A DNA stretch of 63,989 nucleotides, the filler included, from Aduncisulcus paluster (lineage: Eukaryota): NCBI GenBank assembly GCA_024181965.1. It is 7 parts of 7 records of this genome, joined end to end, with 100 filler letters (N's around TTAATTAATTAA, not from the genome) between each part and the next. Parts side by side here need not be neighbours in the genome. Positions count along the whole stretch, not along the records: positions 33,301 to 56,428 come from BQXS01000008.1; 6 more parts are not named here. One strand, written 5' to 3'. The position numbers and the translations under genes were made by a program. Below the pieces are notes generated by a model. It had not been told where the DNA came from. It did not search any database and was given only the letters and a program-made list of their open reading frames with translations. This document shows positions 33,412 to 43,722 of the stretch, in pieces (the first letter of the stretch is position 1; every line of letters starts with the position of its first letter).

Positions 33412-34027
33412 TATTATTTAGGATACGGCGATGTTCAGAAAAAGAAAGATATGTCATTGTTTTGTCGCGATGTCTATTTTGGGTTCAGATGAACATGAAC
33501 AACAGTCCACAACCACACATCACAAGAAATCAATTTTTTTGGATGGAAATATTGATGCTCTTTTTTAAGTTATAAATGGACAATGAACACCGAATCAAGC
33601 CCATACATCGTCGGATAGAAAATTGATGATCTGTGAGGGTGAAATCAACCAGACGACAAAAATGATGTTAAAATGATATGGGAGATATCCACATGAACAG
33701 ACGTGGCCAAGAATGGGGATTTGAAGGGGTTATACTGTCATTCTTGCTTGTTCTCGAACCTGAAGACGATCTATAACACATCTTTTTGTTATGTTGACGA
33801 AATTGTGTTTCTATGTGAATTCTGGACGAGTTGGAGGATATATGGACGGGATTATCGAGTATAAAAACATATTATTGATTCGATTAATTTTATTAATTGC
33901 GATATTACTGCAATATTGATTGAGATTGAGACAATTGATCATTGTGACATAGTTTCCTGCATTAAAGAGCCGTGGATTGGGAAAAGAACTCATGAAATTG
34001 TGATTATAAAATCGATTGTGGATTTAT
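33383..34027. repeat. Left arm of a 645-bp inverted repeat (partner 55784-56428)
   Basis: Reverse complement of the other contig end; only two substitutions noticed by eye; an identical 60-aa ORF appears in both arms. Confidence 0.97.
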
Positions 34028-34678
34028 TTCTTCGTGTAATTTTGAGATTGACTTGAATTCACAAAGTTGTCTTTTATGGTTAGATTCACACCCTATTCTG
34101 TTTTCAGCCCGTTTCTTTTCTTCTGCACGAATTTTGTCTCCTAAATTTTGAATTTTTCTTAATTCCCTGACTTAAATTAACCTTGTGTGACCAAATTTAC
34201 AAAACCCATGAAATTATATTCATAGATATATATATAACCTTTATTTGCATTAATTCCTTTATAATGCCCCTTAATTCACCTTGCAGAGCCATTATAGGCA
34301 TAGTGGTAAAAATATTTGGATTTTGGTGTTAAGAAAATTATACTCAAGTGGTAAAAATCAGAAAACTTGGTGGTAATTCTTACAAATCCTGATGGTGTAG
34401 CGGTCTGTTTCTGCATTTTCTAAATGACTTTGAAGGTTCAGTCGATATCTGCAGCCTCGAAAACCTCGTAATAATACTTTGGAAAAGTAAGGTAAAGAAA
34501 TATGAGAATGCAACATTGAACTTTCATATATTGAAGTCGAGATGAGTTTTTTTCAAATATTGGTCCAATCATCAACCTTAAATCCATGGTCATTCGGGCT
34601 GTCTTCTTCTGCTTGAGGCCTTATATATAATGCAGAAATGTTATATATGGATATGGATTTCCAGGTTCCACTGCATGT

Positions 34679-35206
34679 ATGAAGAAAGTGCAACGTAAGC
34701 TTGAGGATAAATGGGATGTCAAGACTACTGAAAGCGTTGTAGGAATGGTATCTGGGGATTCCCCTTTCCTACTCGTCGACAACATCACTCCAGATGGACT
34801 CGATTCCTCTCTTTTATCTGTAGTGCCTTCAATGGATGTATCAGGAACGAATGGAACCCTTAACATCACCTTCACTGCTCCAAGAGCTTCAAAGACTGTT
34901 ATTACATTGGATACAGGAGATATTGATCTTTATTCCTTATCCACAATTTCTGATTTGACCCCTCAACGTTCTCCTGCTTATGGTGATCGTTTCGTTATTA
35001 TTTGTCTTGGAGATGATGTTCATGATATCATAGCCACAATGCCTCCTGGAACATCTGTGAAGGTCATCATGTGGCATTTGATTGAGGATAACAATTCCGA
35101 TACGCTTTCATTGTTCTCGTACATGCCTGAGTTCACAACTAGGTATGCAAAGGCCACAGTTCTTTCGCCAATCGTATATAAAAAGGTTGTTGATTATGAT
35201 GTATGA
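34679..35206 (+). CDS. Hypothetical protein or orphan C-terminal gene fragment (weak resemblance to the M28/ERMP1 peptidase tail)
   Basis: 175-aa coding-like ORF; the ending LFSYMPEFTTRYAKAT..SP is only loosely reminiscent of that family. Confidence 0.35.
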   Translation: MKKVQRKLEDKWDVKTTESVVGMVSGDSPFLLVDNITPDGLDSSLLSVVPSMDVSGTNGTLNITFTAPRASKTVITLDTGDIDLYSLSTISDLTPQRSPAYGDRFVIICLGDDVHDIIATMPPGTSVKVIMWHLIEDNNSDTLSLFSYMPEFTTRYAKATVLSPIVYKKVVDYDV

Positions 35207-35623
35207 TTGGATGGGCCAACTTGACCCGTCTTTTGTGACAATACCTTTTGTAAATATCTGAAATTGTACCACGAAAAGAAATTCGAAATGTTTCTTGAAT
35301 GTTTTTTAATTATTAATTCGCTCGGATTTTCAAATGTTCTTATCTATTCGTCAGATTCACATCGATTAATAAACTCTTCCCATAAATCAACCTAATCCCT
35401 GGTATTTATACCAGCTGTTGTTACGATTCTAATATCTCTGTGATTCTCAGACACAAACTATCATGCAGTCTATATAAACACGATCAATGTCAATCTCACT
35501 TTTTCTATCGTGTTCACCAGATAAAGATATCAACAAACAGAATAATATTTGAGTCCAAATTTGACGTATAAACTGGAAAATAAGTCGGTAGAGTTCAGAA
35601 CAGAAGAAAATCAAGGCACAAAC

Positions 35624-35884
35624 TCTATTTTTAGAATTTCTATTTTTAGTACCATAAAATCTATTTTGGATCTATTTCAAGAATAAATGATCAGATAACA
35701 AGTATTTGACTGGTTCGAAAGGATTTAACCATTTATCAGATTCAAAGAAGGTGAACAAACTGAAGTTGAAAAATCTATCAAATATAAGTAAATTATCAGT
35801 TTTATTATCATTTTCAAACAATATTATGTGTTAATTTGAAGTTTACAAAATGTTGATTCTAAAAATAGATTTTCTAAAAATAGA
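35624..35884. repeat. MITE-like inverted repeat built from TCTATTTTTAG units
   Basis: Left TCTATTTTTAGAATTTCTATTTTTAG versus reverse complement of right TCTATTTTTAGAAAATCTATTTTTAG (26 bp, 2 mismatches), plus degenerate internal copies. Confidence 0.5.
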
Positions 35885-36256
35885 TATACACTATTTTTTT
35901 CGTTGATTTGAATTAATTCATATGTTTTAAACTTAACTATTCATGAAATGTGCGCAAGAAAAATTATCCTTTCTTAACTAGTGATGTTATCCATTGAGAA
36001 GTGTTGAGAAATCCATTATCCCTGTCTGAAATCCTTGATACTGCATCCCTAAGGAACAAGAAGAGTAAAAAATGTTTCTGAGAGTCATTAATAGATTCAA
36101 TGCTGTTAAAAGTTCCAGTATATTTCGTTTCTTGATAAAATTTTATGGAGTAATGGAGACTATTGATTTCTGAATGTAAAGGAATAATAGAAAGTTTGAT
36201 GAGTAGAATGGAAGACAAAACATTTTTAAACAACCAAAAATAATCTTCTCATCATC

Positions 36257-39200
36257 TCATTTCCAACATAAATCACACAAAGAGTTTGCAAATCCTTCAA
36301 CAAGCATCAAATCACACTGTGAGTGGAAAATTTGAGGATTTTCTTCGAATAAATGATATTTCTGTTCTTCAAACGAATACTTCATTTCGGAATTAATTCG
36401 AATCGATCTATTATCCAATGTATTCAAACACAACTGTCTAAAATAAGTCGTGTCATGAAGCTGAGGAATTATTCCATTGATAAGGAATAATTTGATACAA
36501 TTGAAATAACCCATAGCAGAACATATATACACCGGATGGCATTTATCTTTGATTTCTTCAGGCTTTCTTGGAATAAAGGTGTAATCTTCACATTCTGAAC
36601 AACACAGTTCCAGAGTAGAGTTCACAATCCGAACAAATTCATCGAGATCAGGGAACAATTTATGGAGAGAATCAATGATTGTTTGAACAACCGTAAAGTT
36701 ACTCAATACAAAGGGGTCCATGAGAAGGTTAATCATACAATCAGGAGAGACAACTGGCAGCAAGAATAAAGAATTTGTGAATCGTGTTGAAGAAGATATC
36801 GATGTTTTCAGGAACATTTTAATCGACTTTAAGAGCTTTATATCCTTCCGACTCTCTGTTCCTCTCTTCACAACATCAGAATGCATCTCATTTCCGAAAT
36901 GTTCAAGGAGGAAAAGAGGATGGGAGGAAGAAGAATGAGAAGAAAGTTCAATTGTCACCTGCAGTAACAATGGTTCGAGTCTCCCAATGAACAACAGAAT
37001 AATACCATTATTAGCATCAACAACACAGACTCGAACAGATGTAATGATCCCACAGCAAGACAGACACATGCTCTTTGCAACAACACATCCACTCCAAAAG
37101 GCACCTGATAAAGGATCTAACATTGTAAAAACTAGGCCAGAATTTAGGGAATTTAAGAAAAAAACGAGGGAACGAGGATGTGAAGTTGAAGAAATACTGA
37201 TTGGAGTTGTGCAATGGAATTGAGGTACACTTAGAAGAGAATCATTAGCATAAGGGAACACACAACGACATTCAGCGAACACACTAACTTCTTCACTCGA
37301 TTTAAACATATCCTCAACAAGACATGTGACAATTCGATCTTTTCCAATTCCTAAAATTAACAACTTCCCATCAGATGAGAAACAAAATTGATTACAATCC
37401 TTAATGAATAATTTTTTAATTATAACGTGTCCTCGTTCTGCCTCTTCGAGTTCACTCGTTGATTGTCCATCTTTGAAGTCCTTTTCTTTTGACATTTCTC
37501 CATCGTCAATATACATACACATCAATCCACTCACCGGGGAACAGAAATATTTCTCAGGGATACAGACAATTGATTTGGATGAATGGACAATCCCTCCAAA
37601 ATCATTTCCAGGATATGATGGCTCAAAGCAGTATTGTGTGTGTTCATGAACTATAAGACCGTCTTTAAGTAAAATAAGAAAAGGACGACGCGCTTCACCA
37701 ATTCTGGGTTGTCCATATGACAAGAAAACAAACAATATATCACAAACGAATGAAAAATACACAATCCTTACTCCTTTCTCAGCCCAATATAGAGGACGTT
37801 CATCACTGGCATCACAATAGTATCTAACATGATTTTCTCCTTCAATTTCAGACCCTACTGGAGAAATGGGACACATGCGGATACAATTAGCTTGTCTTGA
37901 ACAGTAAAAAACACAGGGTTTTCCACCAAAGGAACCAAAACAACTACATAAAAAGCTATGAAGACCGTCTTTAAGTAAAATAAGAAAAGGACGACGCGCT
38001 TCACCAATTCTGGGTTGTCCATATGACAAGAAAACAAACAATATATCACAAACGAATGAAAAATACACAATCCTTACTCCTTTCTCAGCCCAATATAGAG
38101 GACGTTCATCACTGGCATCACAATAGTATCTAACATGATTTTCTCCTTCAATTTCAGACCCTACTGGAGAAATGGGACACATGCGGATACAATTAGCTTG
38201 TCTTGAACAGTAAAAAACACAGGGTTTTCCACCAAAGGAACCAAAACAACTACATAAAAAGCTATGAAGATCCTCTTTAAGAAGTTCATGACGACCACCT
38301 TGGAACTCAAAATAAACAAGATTCGACTCAGATCTATCATAATTTAATGGTCTTTCAGGCATTATCTCCATTTTGATGGAAGGAGCAACTCGAATAGATT
38401 CGCTTATCGGCACCGATTGCAGGATGGAAGAATCCGAAAACCCCGAACGCGTTCGAGGAAAAGAATAACCAGTTGATGAAAATGATTTGTCTGGAATGAA
38501 CAAATTCTTGCACTTATTGGGGGATCCATCTCGATACAGAAGTAATCGCTCTCCAAGTCCACAAGATTGAATACAAAAATGCTGGAAACATCCACCAACA
38601 TCAAGAGAAAACTTTGGACGACATGTGAATGAATATTTTGACACGACTTGTGACATCAGACTCCTTTGGAACAGGGCACACTCCTGTAAACACGTAACCT
38701 CTTCCTTGGACACAAGGGAGAGCATCATCGTATGGACAGGGGAATTATTACGAAATATAAGAACCGATAGAGCATTGACGACAGATGAATCAATAATAGG
38801 CTTCGGTGAGTCCAAAAACAAGGGAGAAGTCTCCCTCAGATCAAGTTCATGTCGAGATGATACTGATGGAATTTCTTTAAGAGACTCTTCACATGTCCTA
38901 TTATTAGAACATGAGAAAAAAGGAAAGAATGTTAAACATTTTGCTGTGCAATTAAGCTGAATAACACGATCCACATCATTATGAACATCGCAAAGAACAG
39001 CGCAAGTGCCAATATCGACCAAAAAAAAGATAGAATTTGTCACAAAGAACACATGTGCATTTGAGGAGTTGAATTGTGGGTAAAGATGAATTTTAACATG
39101 CTTGATGGGTGGATTCTGAAATGAATTTTTCGCATCATACACTGTCCATAACCCCGTATTATCATTAAATGCAACCAGATAAGAACCGTCTGGTGAGAAA

Positions 39201-40192
39201 TGCCCATAATAAATGTTAGGAAAAAATACTACAGTTTCCATCAGTTCAAGATCAATTAGAAAACCTGTTCTTTTCCCAGCCACTTTACCGGGCAAGAATA
39301 TAAGATTCTTGATGGGTGGATTCTGAAATGAATTTTTCGCATCATACACTGTCCATAACCCCGTATTATCATTAAATGCAACCAGATAAGAACCGTCTGG
39401 TGAGAAATGCCCATAATAAATGTTAGGAAAAAATACTACAGTTTCCATCAGTTCAAGATCAATTAGAAAACCTGTTCTTTTCCCAGCCACTTTACCGGGC
39501 AAGAATATAAGATTCTTTATGGTTGGATGTTGACAAATATCCCCATCTGAATCACAACTGAAGTACCCATTTTCAAGTGGACTTCCAGTTTTTGAAAAGT
39601 GAGTAATAATCATCTGGACATTTGAGCATCTAACCAGGGAATAGAATGTATTATTGAGATATCTAACGCCAACACAATGCCCATGAGGAAGTTTGATATT
39701 CATTTCTTCATCAGTTCGAAGATTATACACATTCAACTCATTCGAGAGAGGTTTCCAGTAACACACACAAATATCCGAGTCTTTACAAATCCATTGAATA
39801 TGATGATGATCAGAAAAATCAGAACGAACGATTCTACGAGTGTTTGATAGAATATCATAAAAAATAATGGAATAAAACCTCGGATTATCCGGTTTGTAAG
39901 AAGATTTTTCGAAAGTAAAAAAACTTTTCCCATCATCGGCAAAACTAATCGCAAAAAGACCCACGGATCGTTGAGATGGAGTTCTGAACTCAAAATCAGT
40001 TGAGAAATCAGTAATTTTCGAAGAAGAGGAATTGAGAGACACAAGACGAGTGTGATATCCATCTTTTGATTCAATAAAAACATAATCTACCCCATTTTTT
40101 GTACAACCCCCATTCAAATTGCACTGTTCTTTGTTACTTCGCCACGATATCGAAGTCAACTTTTTAGCTTGTTCGAACAACATATTATTCAT
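36257..40192 (-). CDS. 1311-aa beta-propeller-like hypothetical protein with two perfect internal tandem duplications
   Basis: Blade-like motifs (FADDGKSF, FSPDGSYLV, FSSDGKLLI); 69-aa and 102-aa exact repeats. Confidence 0.8.
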   Translation of the reverse strand: MNNMLFEQAKKLTSISWRSNKEQCNLNGGCTKNGVDYVFIESKDGYHTRLVSLNSSSSKITDFSTDFEFRTPSQRSVGLFAISFADDGKSFFTFEKSSYKPDNPRFYSIIFYDILSNTRRIVRSDFSDHHHIQWICKDSDICVCYWKPLSNELNVYNLRTDEEMNIKLPHGHCVGVRYLNNTFYSLVRCSNVQMIITHFSKTGSPLENGYFSCDSDGDICQHPTIKNLIFLPGKVAGKRTGFLIDLELMETVVFFPNIYYGHFSPDGSYLVAFNDNTGLWTVYDAKNSFQNPPIKNLIFLPGKVAGKRTGFLIDLELMETVVFFPNIYYGHFSPDGSYLVAFNDNTGLWTVYDAKNSFQNPPIKHVKIHLYPQFNSSNAHVFFVTNSIFFLVDIGTCAVLCDVHNDVDRVIQLNCTAKCLTFFPFFSCSNNRTCEESLKEIPSVSSRHELDLRETSPLFLDSPKPIIDSSVVNALSVLIFRNNSPVHTMMLSLVSKEEVTCLQECALFQRSLMSQVVSKYSFTCRPKFSLDVGGCFQHFCIQSCGLGERLLLYRDGSPNKCKNLFIPDKSFSSTGYSFPRTRSGFSDSSILQSVPISESIRVAPSIKMEIMPERPLNYDRSESNLVYFEFQGGRHELLKEDLHSFLCSCFGSFGGKPCVFYCSRQANCIRMCPISPVGSEIEGENHVRYYCDASDERPLYWAEKGVRIVYFSFVCDILFVFLSYGQPRIGEARRPFLILLKDGLHSFLCSCFGSFGGKPCVFYCSRQANCIRMCPISPVGSEIEGENHVRYYCDASDERPLYWAEKGVRIVYFSFVCDILFVFLSYGQPRIGEARRPFLILLKDGLIVHEHTQYCFEPSYPGNDFGGIVHSSKSIVCIPEKYFCSPVSGLMCMYIDDGEMSKEKDFKDGQSTSELEEAERGHVIIKKLFIKDCNQFCFSSDGKLLILGIGKDRIVTCLVEDMFKSSEEVSVFAECRCVFPYANDSLLSVPQFHCTTPISISSTSHPRSLVFFLNSLNSGLVFTMLDPLSGAFWSGCVVAKSMCLSCCGIITSVRVCVVDANNGIILLFIGRLEPLLLQVTIELSSHSSSSHPLFLLEHFGNEMHSDVVKRGTESRKDIKLLKSIKMFLKTSISSSTRFTNSLFLLPVVSPDCMINLLMDPFVLSNFTVVQTIIDSLHKLFPDLDEFVRIVNSTLELCCSECEDYTFIPRKPEEIKDKCHPVYICSAMGYFNCIKLFLINGIIPQLHDTTYFRQLCLNTLDNRSIRINSEMKYSFEEQKYHLFEENPQIFHSQCDLMLVEGFANSLCDLCWK
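37655..38270. repeat. Perfect tandem duplication, 306-bp unit, in frame
   Basis: Units start at 37655 and 37961; AAGA microhomology at the boundaries; no N gap. Confidence 0.95.
39101..39517. repeat. Perfect tandem duplication, 207-bp unit, in frame
   Basis: Units start at 39101 and 39308; CTT microhomology at the boundaries; no N gap. Confidence 0.95.
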
Positions 40193-40398
40193 TAAAAATT
40201 ATCTATATACAATATAATACTCAATATAAAAAGTACAAAGAGAATATTAACAATAATTAGAATTACAAGATGCGACCAAAAAAGTTACTTGTTGGATTTC
40301 GTTTTACTATTAAGATAAGGTTCTTAGAGCAAGGGATCCATTATGGACCAACATAAATAAAATAAAAATAAATTAAGACCATTAGAACTCCTATCCAT

Positions 40399-40992
40399 TC
40401 AGCTTTTCTCGATGAATCGGTTTTTCGAATTCACGCTTATCGCCGGGACCTTCAAGGTCGTGAAAGTTTCACGGAAGCAACAAATGAGGTGGCTCATAAA
40501 CAGCACTTGCGCGCCATTGGGCACATATCCCCTCACCGACTTCTTACCATAGTCAAAGATGAATTTTCCAAGGAAGGAGGCAGCACGACGACCCATGACA
40601 CCTGAAGAGGAAAGGACAAAAGTAATAATGTTAAAAGGCTTTCTAATCAGTGAACTTAAGTCATCATGCACAACAGGCCTCTTACGAGAAGGGCCGTCAT
40701 GATTCGATCCCTGGGAGTCTTGGGAAGCAGAAGGGCCACCAACACGTTGGCGATTCTCTGACTCCCTTTCAGTCAGTGTTGGCTGACCAGGATCAAGACC
40801 ACCCCCGCTATCCTCATCAGAGTTGGGATTGTGAGATGGTTCCACAGGGGAAGAAGTATCAAGACCACTTCCATTACCCCCAATAGAACTATCAGGGACA
40901 ATGGGAACATTACAAGAACCAGGTGTGTCTTGCCGCCTGCAGTATCGTATTGATTGCAGAGGCCTAATCTCTAGTTGGTAGATCGCTTTCAT
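40399..40992 (-). mobile_element. Possible internally deleted RLE-type (CRE-like) non-LTR retrotransposon remnant
   Basis: GC-richer island; FNIITFVLSSSGVMGRRAASFL resembles the end of the restriction-like endonuclease domain (F.PF..ET.G..G..A..FL); no RT motifs present. Confidence 0.35.
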
Positions 40993-41364
40993 TGATCAGT
41001 CTGACCGTTTCCTTTTGAAGCCACTCATGTTACAACTCCCTCAGTTTACCAATTGTTGATTCAAATCTCTGAAAAATACTTTTTACCAGAGGAAGTTACT
41101 CCAGAGTAATTTCGCGCCCGTCCGCATATAATTTAATAAGTTACTTATATTACGTTTTCCCATCCTGCATTCCTACAATACTGACTCTCATAGGAACTCC
41201 CAACTCTGATTCCTGTTGGTAGGTGGATGAACGGCTTGCACGCTGTCTCTTTCTCTCAACCCTTTTTTTCCTTTTTTCTTCCTCACGTTGAGTTTTTTTC
41301 ATTTCATGACTAGTTTTGCAACGCTTTATGCAAGAATAGAAGATATATTCTTCTTTAATTAGGA

Positions 41365-42200
41365 TTATAATAATGATACAAGCACAGAATCCCCAATAAT
41401 CAATATGATAGTGCTAATCTTAATCCTATTAGACAAATTATATCCGAAATCTCCGCCATATTTGGTCTGATAAAGCCCACAATAGGTAGTAATATCATAA
41501 ATATTTAAAGAAAGGGAACTTACAGGAAGATAATCAACCGAAGAGCAACTAAATGACTCGTCGGAATAGTAGTCCCACTTGGCAAAGTAAACATCATCGC
41601 TACTGACATCATAAGTATTCGGATACGTGGAGGTATGCTTGGGAGTGATTCCAATAATAACAGCTTTTGCATATGATACAGCGAGACATTTAGATGACTG
41701 AAATATACTATCATATGAACACTCACGTTCATTTTTCTCGAAACTTCCTTCATCTGTAGGTGATAAATCACTATACATAAACTTCTTTGATATTGATAAA
41801 TTGGACGTACTGTCTTCAAACAACTTAAAGTTGGCGTAAAAGAAGAGTCCAGAAACATCCGAAATCTATCAGAGCTTGTTAAAGGAGAATATCTGTAAAA
41901 AAATGAGTCCATATCAGAGCTAGAAATACCTCTTTCTTCAAGGGCTACCATATCATCCTCATCAACACCACATGGTTCATCGCTATAAGCAATAAAATCA
42001 TTGATATCAAGAGAGAATGTTGTGCCATTGAAGTTAAGAGTCATGCTCATTGTAGCAAGAGAATTTTTGAACCTAGAGAAGGAAGAGGATGATGAAACAT
42101 CCTCAATTGAGGCTATAAAAGAATCTACGTTATCAAAAAAATCTGTTCGTAACTGGTTTTACCCATGGCAGCACAGTGCCGCCAATACCCAGTGAAATTA
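41365..42200 (-). pseudogene. Frameshifted hypothetical gene remnant
   Basis: Overlapping ORFs 41520-42050 and 41365-41823 switch coding-like frame near 41825. Confidence 0.35.
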
Positions 42201-43393
42201 TCTCAATAACTAACAATGCCCAGATAATTTTACAAAAAAAATCAATACGTTGTTCTTCCGTTAAAGACATTTTGTAGCGAAAATAAAACCGTGCGCAGAA
42301 AAGGGCTGTCATGGTATCAGTCGAGCTGTACCTCTGAGGTACTGTACCTCACAATTTCTCTCTGAGATCGAGATCAAATAAAGACCTATTGTTGAGAAGA
42401 GAAATATAATATAAAATATAGATAACTCATTATGTGTATAAACTCATTTGCCAAACAAAAAAAAAGACACCCGGACTGAATTTTTGATGATATCTGATTC
42501 TCCAAAAATAGTATCAACCGACTTTTTGCCATCTAACCTCATTGATGCAACTAGTTTTATAAATTATGTGCACTGGAGTCTGTGCCATTATTTGTGGTGT
42601 TTTCTTTGTTCTCTTTGCAGTTGGTACCTTACTGAAAATTTCAGCTTTTTGATAAAGTAGGTAGTAGGTGTCGTTCTCGGTGTTATATGCAGCATTTTCG
42701 CCGTTATCTGCGCTCTTTTCATGGCATGTGGTTGCTGCATGCGTAGCGCCGCTAACAAGCTCGAGGATGCCATGATGGATATGGACACAGCGCTGTTGTG
42801 GGGAGGCTCACCAACTCCAATTCCAATTCCAACTCCAACTCCAACTCCAATGCTAGATCCTAATCATCCGATACTGAGATTTGTGCTCTGTGTTCCTTGT
42901 CTTTGGAATGTGGGGCATCTGTTATCTGTTTATGCCATATACCATCTATCAAAGCTTTACCATGAAGAAATAGTAACTCATACTCCAAAGATGAAATATC
43001 AGCACATCATCGAACACCAACCATTTAATGTGCTGGATTTTCGCCGTTCTTTTTCATCTTCATCTTTACTTGAAGTAATCATGGACTCTCTGGAGCCATT
43101 GGTTGGCAACCAAGCGGCTTGGAAATCTCAATTTCCCCCCCTTTTTTTATTTTTTATTTTCTTCTCACTTTTTTTCTCTCTTTCTTCATAAACCCCAATG
43201 CTATTCCACCAAGCTGGCTGCTGCGACGAGGTCGCAAGTTGATTCAATTGAATTGTAATTCTGCATTTTAGAATTCTTAAATGGTATTTTAAAAACTAAT
43301 TCTAATTTCAGATGATTAAGTTAAGCAAATAGAATCCAATGGCACTATAATAATGGATCCAATCTACGAGTCACAGCCCGCTCAATGGAGCGG

Positions 43394-43484
43394 CTCCATA
43401 ACAGCAGCATCACTAACATCAATGTAGAAAAGTTGGTCAACTTCAATATTAGCCTTGGAAAGTGCATCCGCTTGGATTTCACCA
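43394..43484 (-). pseudogene. Short adenylate-kinase-like fragment
   Basis: IQADALSKANIEVDQLFYIDVSDAAVME resembles the AK segment that follows GFPR (QAEAL…D.V..IDV.D…ER); only about 30 aa. Confidence 0.35.
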
Positions 43485-43722
43485 AATAATATTTTGAAGC
43501 TTTGTTTGTGATATTTTCCATATATATCCCTTTTATTTTAACATTATTAATAAAATAACTTCATTCTATATCAATATTTCTTTGATATTTTTTGTCCTTC
43601 GTCTTTCAAATATGTTTCGACGTTTTGTCTCCGTGGAGTGTTATTAGAACGATATATTTCCAATTAATTTTCTTTAATATTTAGATTAATTTCATATAAA
43701 TTCTTAATTTAACAAATTTCCA

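Noticed and set aside
33811..33993. Identical 60-aa ORF here and at 55818-56000
   Set aside because: A by-product of the inverted repeat; no recognisable motif or coding bias.
42310..42325. CA-TGGTATCAG resembling an LTR end plus tRNA-Met primer-binding site
   Set aside because: A 9-bp match is expected by chance in 64 kb, and no LTR or gag follows.
42810..42850. (CCAACT/CCAATT)n hexamer run as telomeric or CRISPR-like repeat
   Set aside because: Short microsatellite without spacers; not at a contig end.
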